A program made the position numbers and the translations under genes. Below, piece after piece: positions 1 through 14,029 of a DNA stretch of 64,000 bases. The notes under the pieces were generated by a model. That model was not told the origin of the DNA. It did no database searches and was given only the letters and a program-made list of their open reading frames with translations. The DNA is from Octopus vulgaris (lineage: Eukaryota). The number at the start of each line of letters is the position of its first letter. Within the stretch, counting starts at the first letter, position 1. Location of the stretch: the NCBI GenBank assembly GCA_951406725.2, contig OX597829.1:18042001-18106000 (forward strand), in the 5' to 3' direction.

Positions 1-210
1 TGTTTTCACCTCAATAGACGTCATTGATTGGTTGAAATTGCAGAAATTGAAGAAAAAAAACAACAAATATCTTACAAACTATAGAATTTTCTCAATAAAG
101 CCAAGCGAAAAAGATGTTTTATAAACACATTCTACCAGTATACGAAATTTAAAAGTGTTAAGTTACGTGGAAATTATTTTTAAAAACTGCCGGTCAAACC
201 GAAAAGATCC
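1..210 (+). mobile_element. hAT-type MITE family M1, right part (left end lies outside the window)
   Basis: Ends in the TIR aaaactgccggtcaaaccgaaaagatcc; near-identical to the full copies at 10052, 52165, 57399, 61139 and 62230. Confidence 0.85.
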
Positions 211-1488
211 CTAATCCACCATATGGTAACTCGTGTACACGTATGACGGCTGTTCTTATAAAATCTCCAGGTTTCCTATCAAGTTGCCACCGTCTGAACA
301 CTAGAGATTAATTCGATGGTTCGGGTGTCTCTTATTTATAAACAGACTTCAAAAGCAAAAGCCAAAAGTTCAAATTTTATTTCACTGTTAAGTTTTCATC
401 AGTCACACAAAACAGACGTGCCCGCCAACAAACAACAGAGAGATATATTTTACCTATTGGTAAACTTCAGGAAACGACTCCTCCACTGTCGACAGAAATT
501 TATTACAATCAACTTACAAAATAGCATTATCCCCCCATCAGCTTTAGATTTATATATTTATTTACTTATCTATCTATTACTTTATTTTACGAGAGGGGGA
601 GGTTATCAGAAGTTACGATGATTTGTGTGATGTCATTGAAGCTGCATCTACCTTTTCTTCTTTACTTTTTTTTTTTCTCCTTTTTGTCATCACACATAGG
701 AACTGAAATATTTGGAGCCTCAAAAGAACCTTTGACATGTCGATACAGTTTTTAAACGGTTACTACTACATGGTCAACCATGAAATTCTAAACTATGATT
801 ATCATCGCTGACAAGAATAATTAGTTTAGAATGGGCGACGGTTGAACACATTATAGCTGATTTGAATGATTCGTATATACTGTGTTTATCTTGACTGGGA
901 TAGGTGAAGTGAAGGGATGGGAACTTGCTTATGTGGGGTGTTATGTGTGTAATGGATATCAGTTAGTGTTCAAAGGATTTGGTGGCAGCCCAAAAGTCTG
1001 GAGGTGAAGAAAAGGTCAAGTAGTTTGGTTTTGTCAGTTTATGTGTGTACGTTGTTAAAGACTGCGTGAGCGTGTTGATATAGGCAGCTCTTATAAAAAT
1101 ACAGTTTGCCGAACTATATTTAATGTTTAATAAACATATGTAAATAATCTTACCGTGGACCGAAACATGGGAGTATACACCGAATTCTCGGCAGCATGGC
1201 GCGGGTATCGTATTGACTACAGTTGTTAATCTTTGTCAGAGTTAGTTCAACGATGGCTGGATATGTCTGTGTAATGCATAGGTGAGATTCGTGTGCAATA
1301 AATACGTAGGATAAGTTTATGAAACCATTGCCACCACTGTTCTGATTTGGCTGGTTGGAAGGGTTGAACGGAAGTAAAGTCACAGGAAAAAGAAGTCACA
1401 GAAAATAAAAACAAAAACTTTATTCGGGTTTGGAGAAAATGTCAGAAGAAAATAAATGTTAAACTTCATCTAAGTGCCATAAATATTA

Positions 1489-1835
1489 GTTTCAAATTTT
1501 GGCACAAGGCCAGCAGTTTTCAGGGGTGAGGGAAGTCGATTGTATCGACTCTAGTATTTGATTGGCGGAATTTGAACTCAAAACATAACGTCAGACGAAA
1601 TACCTATTTCTTTACTACCCACAAGGGGATAAACACAGAGAGAACAAACAAGGACAAACAAACGGATTAAGTCGATTACATCGACCCCAGTGCGTAACTG
1701 GTATTTATTTAATCGACCCCGAAAAGAAGAAAGGCAAAGTCGACCTCGGCGGAATTTGAACTCAGAACGTAACGGCAGACGAAATACCGCTAAGCATTTT
1801 GCCCGGCGCGCTAACGTTTATACCAGCTCTTCGCC
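1489..1835 (-). mobile_element. tRNA-headed SINE family A (Nin-like domain), dimeric
   Basis: Minus strand has B-box-like gagttcaaattcc and core ggtcgactttgcctt..ggggtcgat..taccag; at least 12 copies in window; unit junction gacgaaatacctatttc near 1600. Confidence 0.85.
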
Positions 1836-2689
1836 ATAGTGGCATCAATTACCGCCTGACCGACGTGCCTTGCCCCGCATCATATTTGATCAGACTGGAG
1901 CGTTTTTACTTTTGCTTCATGTATAAAGGACAATTCATTTACTATCCGTAACTGCTGCGTAGAAGTCTAGGTATACTGTGTTTAACGACGCTCTGACATA
2001 CGCTTTTGTGCGCGCACGAAATGCATGCACAAACACATACGCACGCACGCACGCATGCACGCTCACCTACACACATTTGAATATGATAAATATCACAAAA
2101 CACTGCTTTATTTGAGATATTAAATGAAACATGATTTGTTTTTTTTTTCATTAACGTGTAAGGTTATTACATAAATCAGGGTGTCATTGTATACAAAGAC
2201 ATGTGTTATCAGTTAATAAGAGACTGAAAATCTTTTTTGATTGTTTAAAGTATTACTTGTGTTATTTAATTGAAATTTGACATTTCTCCTGAGATTTTCG
2301 TTTCTTTTCCGATATTTTTATTTTCTGGGAATGGAAGGGTTAGCATTCTGCATAAAAAAAAAAAACTTATGTTAGATTACTGAGAACGCATGGTGTTTCT
2401 TTCGGTGTTGGTTAAAAACAAAACAAGAAATTCTGGTAAAAGGCAGGCGACTAGATTACAGGAACAATAGTAAATACATTAGTACTGATTTTAGTAACCC
2501 AGGATATAAATAAAGCACAAAGTCGATATTATCTTAGCGGAATTCTGGCAAAGAGCATAGAGAAAGGCAAGTACATAACAATTGCAAAAGTGCTGCCTTA
2601 AGGCAAGGGTACACTAGGCAGTTGCTTGGGTCCTCGCGGGTCTTGGGATCAATTTCGGATCTATGTATGTATTATACTTTGTACTTGTA

Positions 2690-3050
2690 CTTGTGGCGAC
2701 ATTCACCCTGGGCGGGTTGGGTCGGCTTCTTCTACTCGTGGAAGAAGTTTCGTGGGAATATGTGGATTTCACAAGCGGTCCCCAGCAATCCCGCATGTAG
2801 AGACATCCTGTTTGCCGCAGATTATCCGCAGACGCAGGGACAGAACGACCGACCGAGGAGCCGCCGGTTGCCGAAGAAGACACTCCGAGGATTTTCACCC
2901 GGGTTGTGGCCCTAATACCACTCGGTGTCAGACCAATCCGCCTTGGGTGGCCCTACCAGGAACCGAAGTTCCCGACGGCACAGCTCTGACACTACCCGTT
3001 GCCAGCGTCCCCACCACGGTGAGGAGGGGACGGATTTTGGGGACGCAAAA
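2690..3050 (-). mobile_element. 5' leader and ORF start of an RTE-clade LINE
   Basis: Carries cctggtagggccacccaaggcggattggtc, recalled as an RTE/Rex3-type 5' UTR motif; homologous to 43745-44060; the ORF breaks off at ..PRVNVAT, where an APE 'ATWNV' motif would begin. Confidence 0.6.
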
Positions 3051-3965
3051 TGTATGTATGTATTATGGCTTGCTGTCAATAAATAAATAATACAGGGCCG
3101 AATGCATTGGTTTGCTCCAGAGGCTGGTGATGTTGCTATGACGGCTCTGCAAGTTATCTTTTCAGCTCCCTGATCGGTGCTGAAGACGGGATAAAGTAAC
3201 CTCTATTTAGGCGGTGTCCACTTGCTAGAAATAAGAGTCAGAACTCCATTGAATGAATTCAGCAAAAATAATATCAGACAGAGAAGAAAAAAAAAAGTAA
3301 CAGCTAAAAACAAATCGTAATTTTGGCTAAGGCAAAATAAAAATAAAGTCGCAAAAAAAAAAATGCCACATTCCATTTAAATACCATAAATGATAAACTA
3401 ATTAAACAAACAATATTTGAAGTGACTTAACTGACAACATATGTTTTGTACACAATGACAATATAATTTATATACCAGCTTTGCGCGTATGTGGAAAAAA
3501 AAGTTACGGCGCGTACAATATCTTAAATAAAACAATGTTAGAAAGTATTTAGGATATTTAAATGTGTGTGTATGTGTATTGTAACTTATATTCGTGTGAT
3601 TTTCAATGTGTCAGTGTAGACACACAAATGTATGTGTGCATGTATGTATGTGTGCATGTATGTGTGCATGTATGTGTGCATGTATGTATGTGTGCATGTA
3701 TGTGTGCATGTATGTATGTGTGCATGTATGTATGTACTATGTATGTGTGTGTATGTATGAATGTATGTAGTGTGTATGTGTGTGTATGTATATTATAATC
3801 GAGTGCTATAGTTGTGAGTATATATAAAAAATATTGTAATCATTATCTGATAAGGAATCTAATACGATGGGTAGAGTGGATACACACACACATACACACG
3901 CACACATACATACACATGCACACATACACACAAAACACGCAAACATATATATATATATACATATA

Positions 3966-5089
3966 CAGGGTGTTCATAAAGTCTCTTTACAATTTAAAAA
4001 AAATATTACAAAGGCAGTTGAGATATTTTAACCAGATTTGTTTTATTTCAATAATTGTTTATTAAAGTTTTTATTGATATTAATTTTTTGTGTTTCAGAT
4101 ACTCTGTTGATGGAAGGGAACTGATTCACTGAACCCCTATAAAATGGCTACTCCTCATGAAAAGGCACAATGTGCATCCTGACTTATTGAGACAAAATCA
4201 GATGTTCAGACTCAACGAAACTACAGAACTAAGTATGGAAGAGATCCACCATCGCGTCCTTCAATTCGTGCATGTGTGGTGTGGAACCGTGTGCAATCGA
4301 ATAATTGGTCCATTTTCCTTCTACAAGTCAACAATTACTGCAGATGCTTACCTCGACCTTCTGACCGAATAAGTAGCACCACAACTGATTGATTTAAAAC
4401 CAACCATCATTTTCCAGCAAGATGGTGCATCACCACATTTGGGACGGCATGTTCGTCAGTTCCTTTATCAAACATTTCCAGAGCGATGGATTGGAAGGGA
4501 TGGGCCAATTCCATGGCCACCGCGTTCTCCAGATATCACTCCTTTGGACTTCTTTTTATGGGGTTATGTAAAAGATATCGTGTATCAAACAAAGATACGG
4601 GACATTGTTGACTCGAAGCAAAGCATTCGTAATGCCATTGCCACCATTGATGAGGCTATCCTACAGCGAACATGGCAAGAAATCAAGTACCTATTTCTTT
4701 ATTACCCATAAGGGGCTAAACACAGAGAGGACAAACAAGGACAGACAAACGGATTAAGTCGATTACATCGACCACAGTGCGTAACTGGTACTTAATTTAT
4801 CGACCCCGAAAGGATGAAAGGCAAAGTCGACCTCGGCGGAATTCGAACTCACAACGTAACGCAGACGAAATACCGCTAAGCATTTCGCCCGGCGTGCTAA
4901 CGTTTCTGCCAGTTCGCCGTCTTGATGGGCTTCACGCAACTAATGGTTCCCATATTGAGGTCTGTTAAATAATAGTTAAAAAAACTTTAATAAACAATTA
5001 TTACAATAAAACAAATCTGTTTAAGATATCTTGTCACCTGCCTTTGTAATAAAATTTTTTAATTGTAAAGAGACTTTATGGACACCATG
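3966..5089 (+). mobile_element. Internally deleted Tc1/mariner DD41D (rosa-type) transposon
   Basis: ~52-bp TIRs (cagggtgttcataaagtctctttacaatt..), TA flanks; transposase remnants VWCG..IIGPF and FQQDGASPH...WPPRSPDITPLDFFLWGYVK, with 41 residues counted between the 2nd and 3rd Asp; contains stops. Confidence 0.9.
4689..4918 (-). mobile_element. SINE family A inserted in the DD41D transposase
   Basis: Full family-A unit interrupting the reading frame IKY|RLDGLHATNG. Confidence 0.9.
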
Positions 5090-5207
5090 TATATTAATAT
5101 CAAGAGCGGATATCTACTCTCAGTAGTGAACAGCCCATCCAACGACAAAACTCAGAGTAAACTTTTGATAATAATAATTATAATAAATATGTATGTATAT
5201 GTATACA

Positions 5208-6633
5208 TAAGAAGGGCTACCCAAAAGAAACCGGAATTTTACAATATTATTTTATTCACTTAGTTTTACATACTCTTTGCTCCTACTCCATACTCCTTTA
5301 CTTGTTTCTGTCATTTGACTGCGGCTATGCTGGAGCACCGCCTTTTTTAATCGAGCGAATCGACTCCAGGACTTATTCTTTCTAAGCCTTAGTACTTATT
5401 CTATCAGTATCTTTTGCCGAACTGCTAAGTTACGGGGACTTAAGCACACCAGCATCGGTTGTCAAGCGATGTTGGGGGACAAACACAGACACACAAACAT
5501 ACACATACACACACATATATACATACATATATACAATGGGCTTCTTTCAGTTTCCGTCTACCAAATCCATTCACAAGGCTTTGGTCGGCCCGAGACTATA
5601 GTAGAAGACACTTGCCCAAAGTGCCACGCAGTGGGACTGAACCCGGAACCATGTGGTTGGTAAGCAAGCTACTTACCACACAGCCACTTCTACATGTCTA
5701 CACTTTTATCGTCTTCAAAGTATTTTCCATTTGAAGCAATGCATCTGTCCAGATGCGTTTTCCACTGTTCGAAGCAGTACTGGAACTCTTGTGAAGTGAT
5801 ACCGTTTAACGTCTCCGTCGCTTTCTTTTTTTCTTTCACCTCTTCCACATTTGCAAATTCCATAGCACCAGCTTTGGTCACCAGCGATGACCTTCGGAAA
5901 AAGGTTCGGATAAACTTCCAACTGTTCTGTCTGTTCACAAAACGCATTCAGTCGTGACTGCTTTTGATCATCCGTGAGCAAGCGAGGCACAAATTTTGCT
6001 ACAACTCTTTCCATTCGCAATTCCTCGCTCAAAATTCGTTGGCAGAAGCTCCAGGACACACCAATCTTATCAGTAAGTTCGTCAATTTTTCGGTGACGGT
6101 CCTCAAGGATCTTTTCATGAATTTTCATGATGTTTCATTCGTTCGGAAGGTCGATGCTCGCCCTAAGCGAGGTCGGTCCTCAAGCGACAAGTGACCATTC
6201 CTAAAGCGTGAAAATCATTCGTAAACTTGTGTTTCGTTCATGGCAATGTCCGTGTAAGCTGTTTGAAGCATGACAACTGTTTCCCCAGCAGAAAACAGAA
6301 TTTCACGGAAGCCACCCGTAAACTTGTGTTTTGCTCATGGTAGCGTCTTTGTAAGCTGTTTGAAGCATGAAAATTGTTTCGACCGTCGTTTTCCCCAGCA
6401 GAAATCAGAATTTCATCAAAGCAAGCTGCTCCTTCGTTTCAGCCATCACAAAAATCGACGAAGCACTGCAAAACAACGACGCACCACGTAGGGGTACGAC
6501 TTCACTCGACAACGCAGGTTGGCAGACTGATGCCTGAGGGTCACATCAAGTGGTTTCTGGCGGTGGAAGCCTCAACTACAACGGGCTTGACCAACAGAGA
6601 ACATTTCCGGTTAATTTTGGGTACCACCTCGAA
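5208..6633 (-). mobile_element. Decayed mariner transposon
   Basis: ILSEELRMERVVAKFVPRLLTDDQKQSR and FEQWKTHLDRCIASNGKYFE motifs; degenerate TIRs (..ctacccaaaagaaaccggaa / ttccggttaattttgggtac..). Confidence 0.8.
5284..5690 (-). mobile_element. tRNA-headed SINE family B (CORE-like, internal microsatellite)
   Basis: A-box tggctgtgtgg, B-box gggttcagtccc, then gcactttgggcaagtgtctt; matches the copies at 9436, 13629, 21550 and 57957. Confidence 0.9.
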
Positions 6634-6639
6634 TATACG

Positions 6640-6870
6640 TGCGTATATTATGTGTGTGTGTTTTCGTGTCTGTGTTTGTTCCCCCATAACCGCTTGACAA
6701 CTGGTGTGATGTGTTTACGTCCACGTAACTTAGCGGTTCGGCAAAAAAGACGATAGAATAAGTGCTAAGCTTATGTTATAAGTCCTGGGGTCGATCTGTT
6801 CGACTAAAACCCTTTAAGGCGGTGCTACAGCATGGTCGCAGTCAAATGACTGAAACAAGTAATAGATTAA
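6640..6870 (+). mobile_element. SINE family B, 3' half
   Basis: cgcttgacaac..gtaacttagcggttcggcaaaa..ggcggtgctacagcatggtcgcagtcaaatgactgaaacaag. Confidence 0.85.
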
Positions 6871-7082
6871 TAGAATACATAGATAGATGTATGAATGCGG
6901 ATGTGTATATGAACAGCCACGAATATGAATACGATCGTTAGGAGATTATAGAAAAGGCAGTTTCTTTGAATATTATCCAAACAGCGAGTCACCATCAGCT
7001 TTCTATCCAATCATGCGGTCCAAGAAATTCCGAGTGGGATCTCTATTTCGATGGATTTGATATCGTTGTAGTTTCAACAGCA

Positions 7083-7228
<146 letters not shown>

Positions 7229-7892
7229 CTTGCAAAAACATCGTTGTTCAATATAAAGGTTAGCGTTCACGGCATGACCATATGGGACAAGCTCAAAATG
7301 CAACATTCCTTCCCCCGAATTTTCACAAACGTGACCTTCTGCTCAAACCGCCCTCTTTTGAGAACAGGTTCTGAAGCCTGGCCGGAAGGAAACCACTGAT
7401 TTCTCTTTATAAGATTACGAAAATAAATCCATTTATTTGCCAACAGTTGTGTACAAATGTTTATACGTTGTTGAGTTTCGTCACTGAAAAGATCACGAGG
7501 AACTTCTTAACAGCATTTGCTGACAAGGCCGAGCCTATGTAGGTGTCGACTGGTGGTACTTTGAGAAGAATCAAATTCTACCGACAATATACGAGTGCCA
7601 GTGCTTGGCAGTTGTCCAACCACTTCAGGCAAAGCCTCATCTTTCACAACAGGTTTCCCTGACCTTGGTTTGCCTTAAGGCTGGTGTCACCTTCCTTGAA
7701 ACTTTCGAACGCTTTGAGCCACACGTTTCTTGACACTTCCTGGGGCCTTCCACATCAGCAATTTCTTCGGTCGTTGGCCTCGCACACAAGCCTTTTCCCC
7801 ACAAGTAGCATAAAATGGCTCTAATTGCAATTTTTTTCGCTACTCATTATCAAAGCTGTGAAATTAAAAATAAACAACTAACGTTCATGTGT

Positions 7893-8155
7893 ACTACTAC
7901 TACTACTACTACTATGGCAATCCCTCAAGGTCGAGGATGATGGTCTTCGCGCATATTTATTGGTGAGTCCGCAGGTGACTGATAAGACCAATTCTTGCTC
8001 GAAAAGATCGGTCACTGTGCGGACATCTAGTGCCGGAAGGGAGAGTCGCACGTGGTTGTTGTTGGCGCTCCTACCGTCGTCGTCTTTTCTCCTCCAGCTC
8101 CGCAGACCTTTTCGTCTCGAAATTCGCCGTTCCCTCATGGATGGTGGTTTTCCAG
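7893..8155 (-). mobile_element. 3' end of an RTE/BovB-type LINE with a (TAG)n tail
   Basis: Translates to ..CPHSDRSFRARIGLISHLRTH* (degenerate C-terminal C2H2 finger typical of RTE), then a short 3' UTR and a (TAG)n tail. Confidence 0.85.
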
Positions 8156-8361
8156 AGTGGTCTGTTTTTTGCCGTTTCCTCCCAGTTATAAAAAAGTTAT
8201 ATATGAAAATAGAGAATGAGCAGCAACAAGACAGGAAGCTATATCAAATTAACGATATATGTGGTGATCCGAGTTGTTAAGAATCATCACTGAAAGTTCA
8301 AAAATACTTTTGGTCCAACTTGTGTGTGTGTTTGTGTTTCTCTGTGTGTGTGTGTGTGGGG

Positions 8362-8405
<44 letters not shown>

Positions 8406-8460
8406 ATAAATTCAAATTTTGTATTTGAAGCAGTTTAATAGTGTAAACATTATGAATATC

Positions 8461-8833
8461 TATTTCTTTACTACCCACAAGGGGCTAAACACAGAGGCGA
8501 CAAACAAGGACAGACACACAGATTAAGTCGATTACATTGACCCCAGTGCGTAACTGGTACTTAATTCATCGACCCCGAAAGGATGAAAGGCAAAGTCGAC
8601 CTCGGCGGAATTTGAACTCAGAACGTAGCGGCAGACGAAATACCTATTTCTTTACTACCCACAAGGGGCTAAACACAGAGGGGACAAACAAGGACAAACA
8701 AACGGATTAAGTCGATTACATCGACCACAGTGCGTAACTGGTACTTAATTCATCGACCCCGAAAGGATGAAAGGCAAAGTCGACCTCGGCGGAATTTGAA
8801 CTCAGAACGTAACGGCAGACAAAATACCGTTAC
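8461..8833 (-). mobile_element. SINE family A head-to-tail dimer with an 18-bp TSD
   Basis: TSD gtaaacattatgaatatc at 8443-8460 and 8834-8851. Confidence 0.9.
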
Positions 8834-9307
8834 GTAAACATTATGAATATCACATACCTAGTATATATCTGTTTGTAAATGCTACAAAGCTTCAGTATTT
8901 GAAGTAAAAAAAAAACCTTTAAAGACAGAGTTAAAAACACAGCATACATCAAAGTAGACGAAACGAAATCTCCTCAGAAGTAAGGTATGTATGTTTACAA
9001 ATAGTGTAAAATCTCTTTGCTACTGACTGGCCATAGCGAGTTGTTTAGGAGATGGGGAATAATGTGGCGCTAATGAGCGGAAATAACCACGAAATATCGA
9101 TATCTCTCGCTCTTGTTCATTTCTGGGGCGATTTCGTTTCGCCTGCTTTAAAGTATGCAGTGATTTTTTCTTGACACGATTCGTCTCCCTTAGACGAAGC
9201 ACCGCAGCTTTGTAGCGTTTACTAACACACATGTATTATGTAATGTAATATTTGTCTACATGCATATACACTCACAGGCATATTCACACACACACAAACA
9301 CACACCC

Positions 9308-9363
<56 letters not shown>

Positions 9364-9435
9364 GCACAATCATATGTGTGTATACAATATGTATCTTTAG
9401 AGTTTGACTCTACCAAGTTATTCTTATACAGGAAT

Positions 9436-9836
9436 AGGAGTGGCTGTGTGGTAAGTAGCTTGCTTACGAACCACATAGTTCCGGGTTCAGTCCCACTGCA
9501 TGACACCTTGGGCAAGTATCTTCTACTATAGCCTCGAGCCGACCAAAGCCTTGTGAGTGGATTTGGTAGACGGAAACTGAAAGAAGCCCGTCGTATATAT
9601 GCATATATATGTATGTGTGTGTACATGTTTGTGTGTTTGTGTTTGTCCCCTCCCCCCCAACATCGCTTGACAACCGATGCTGGTGTGTTTACGTTCCCGT
9701 AACTTAGCGGTTCGGCAAAAGAGACCGATAGAATATGTACTGGGTTTACAAAGAATAAGTCCTGTGGTCGGCTAAAGGCGGTGCTCCAGCATGGCCACAG
9801 TCAAATGACTGAAACAAGTAAAAGAGTAAAAGAGTA
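9436..9836 (+). mobile_element. SINE family B, full length
   Basis: A/B boxes, internal (TA)/(TG) tract, tail gactgaaacaagtaaaagagtaaaagagta. Confidence 0.9.
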
Positions 9837-9856
9837 ACAAAGTATATTTATCGATT

Positions 9857-10668
9857 TGAGGCTCCAATTTCGAAGATAGGTTCGCAAGGTGCAGTCAGTC
9901 ACTCTATGGAATGATCGAACATGGATCCTCATGGCTGCGAAGCAAACTCCTTCGCGTGTCATTCTTCACCCTAATTTTCCTTGGCTTCTTTCTTCTTTTT
10001 TTTCCTTTCTTATTTTAAATTTAATCTCTGTTGTTGTTCTTTACGGCATTGGGATCTTTTCGGTTTGAACGGCAGTTTTATCTAGCATTTTCATATGAAA
10101 TTGTCACCCATAATTTTGACCCTAGTATCGATCTATTGCATTTCAATCTGTTTTAGAGTTAGAGTTCGGGGTGGAGGGAAGGGTATCTTTTTTTCTTCAC
10201 AAACGTAAATATACCCAATCTGTTTCTTAAACGAGGGACATATTCATACGGCACAGAATGTTTTCACCTCAATAGACGTCATTGATTGGTTGAAATTGCA
10301 GAAATTGAAGAAAAAACCCCAACAAATATCTTACAAACTATAGAATTTATTCAATAAAGCCAAAAGAAAAAGATGTTTTCTAAACACATTCTACCAGTAT
10401 ACGAAGTTTAAAAGTGTTTAAGTTACGTGAAAATTATTTTTAAAAACTGCCGGTCAAACCGAAAAGATCCTGAGGCTCCACTTTCGAAGATAGGTTCGCA
10501 AGGTGCAGTCAGTCGCTCCATGGAATGATCGAACATGAATCCTCATGGCTGCGAAGCAAACTCCTTCGCGTGTCATTCTTCACCCTAATTTTCCTTGGTT
10601 TCTTTTTTTTTTTTTTTTTTCCTTTCTTATTTTAAATTTAATCTCTGTTGTTGTTCTTTATGGGCATT
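9857..10668 (+). repeat. ~195-bp direct duplication (9857-10051 and 10471-10668) flanking MITE M1
   Basis: tgaggctcca..gttctttacggcattg is repeated immediately on both sides of the MITE with a handful of differences. Confidence 0.92.
10052..10470 (+). mobile_element. hAT-type MITE family M1
   Basis: ~28-bp TIRs ggatcttttcggtttgaacggcagtttt / aaaactgccggtcaaaccgaaaagatcc. Confidence 0.92.
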
Positions 10669-10914
10669 GTTATTGTTGACGTCGTCGGAGGCGGCGCTGT
10701 CATCGTTGTCATCGTTGTCATCGTCGTTGTCGACCGTTTATCTCTTCGCTGCAAAACCATAAATCCTACGTTCTTCCCATCCAATAAATTTTATCATCTT
10801 TTCACCCAAACATATCAAAAGGAAAGCGAACGAATACAACAACCAGACAAAACTATAACAACTTTCAACAGTTTTATTTCTTTAAACTACACCCCGCCGA
10901 CTTTATCTTGATTA

Positions 10915-12270
<1,356 letters not shown>

Positions 12271-13628
12271 CAGACGCAAAACGTTATTCCTTTCAAAGAA
12301 CTGCACGTGCCCTAACTTCCTTTTAGAAAAAAAAAGGTAACAAAAACCAAAAAAAAACACTTTCATTTTATAGCTTATACACTCTTCCTCTTCCTCTTCC
12401 TACTCCCGATTTTCTCTGTATTTCTTTATCTTTCTCCTCGTCTCTCTCTCTCTCTCTTTTTTTTTTTTTTCACTAACTTTTCTTTCTTCCAAACCGCTTT
12501 TTTTATTCTTTAACTCTTATTCCTCCGAAGGTGAACCTTTTTTTTTTTTTACGTTATTCCACCCAACCACCCACGTGACACACCTTTCTTTTAAGATGTT
12601 CTTTTACGAATCTATCTATTTATTTATGTATTTATTTCCACCAATTATAAATTATATTGCACAGTATGTTGTTTTTGTTGCTTTTACAGTTGTTGTTCTT
12701 GTTCTTGTTGCTGTCCCATTGATATCGGCCAAAAATACTCTTTGTTTTGTGATGTTTTTTTGTTGTCTTTAGATCTTTGTTGTTATTGTTTTTGCTTTTG
12801 TTGTTGTTGTTGTTGTTGTTGTTTTGCAGGGGTGTTGCAGGGTGGAAGTTTATTTTTACGAGAAGCGTATTTTATTTATTATTTTTTTTCTTTTGTTTTG
12901 TTTTTTGTGTGTTTTTTTTTGGTTTTGGCTTTGCTTTATTATAATTTCTTTGATATTCATTCTTTGTTCCTTCTTGATTTTTCTTGCCTTTTTGCACTTA
13001 TTATGTCTGTGTGTGCTCTGTGTGCGTGCGGACGTGCCTCTGTGTGTGTGTGTGTGTGTGTGTCTGTGTGTGTGTGTGTGTGTGTGTGCGTGCGTGCGTG
13101 TGTGTGTGTGTATGTGTGTCCGAGAGTGAGGTTTGTTGTGGTGCGTGTGCGTATGAGTGGCCTGGAATGTGATTGCACGTGTATTTGAACATGGGTGTGT
13201 GTGAGAGTGTACGTGTGTGTATGAGAGAGAGAGAGTGGAAGTGAGATTGAGCGAGTGTATATTTTATCCCTGTTTAAACTCCTTTCATTTCCACCCGATC
13301 TTTAGCTGAACCTACCCGCTTCAACTCGTACTTCAGGATGACACACCAAGTGTCAACCGGTCAAACGAAAATTGATAATTTTTGTTCATCTTGTTTGTTT
13401 ATTTATTTCTGTATTCATTGTTTTATATTTTTATAAGAAATAACTTTTCAGGGAAGATAGTCACAACTACTACGACCAATGTCTAACCCAGTGGTTCACA
13501 GCCAGGATCCATGTGATCCCTGCAGATCCATATAAGATTTTGAGGTTCATACTAGCAAAATAGTAAATTGGAGATCCACAATAAGGCTTTTGAGGATCAA
13601 TGAAAAGTCTCGATTCTTAAAGTTTCCA

Positions 13629-14029
13629 GGCTGTGTGGTAAGTAGCTTGCTTACCAGCCACATGGATCCGGGTTCAGTCCCACTGCGTGGCACCTTGGGC
13701 AAGTGTCTTCTACTAGAGCCTCGTGCCGACCAAAGCCTTGTGAGTAGATTTGGTAGACGGAAACTGAAAGAAGCCCAGCGTATATATGTATATGTATATA
13801 TATATGTGTGTATATGTATTTGTGTGTCTGTGTTTGTCCCCCCAACATCGCTTGACAACCGATGCTGGTGTGTTTACGCCCCCGTAACTTAGCGGTTCGG
13901 CAAAAGAGACCGATAGAATAAGTACTAGGCTTACAAAGGATAAGTCCCGGGGTCGGTTTGCTCGACTAAAGGCGGTGCTCCAGCATGGCCGCAGTCAAAT
14001 GACTGAAACAAGTGAAAGAATAAAAGAAT
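13629..14029 (+). mobile_element. SINE family B
   Basis: Near full-length match to the 9436 and 57957 copies; nested in the hAT array. Confidence 0.9.

Noticed and set aside
9040-9225. CpG-rich stretch with an ETS-like cggaa, possible promoter
   Set aside because: No linked exon or transcription evidence; short motifs are expected by chance
10630-10760. Minus-strand ttttgcag acceptor followed by a short Thr-rich or Asp-rich frame
   Set aside because: Low complexity, stops within about 37 codons, no homology and no partner exon identified
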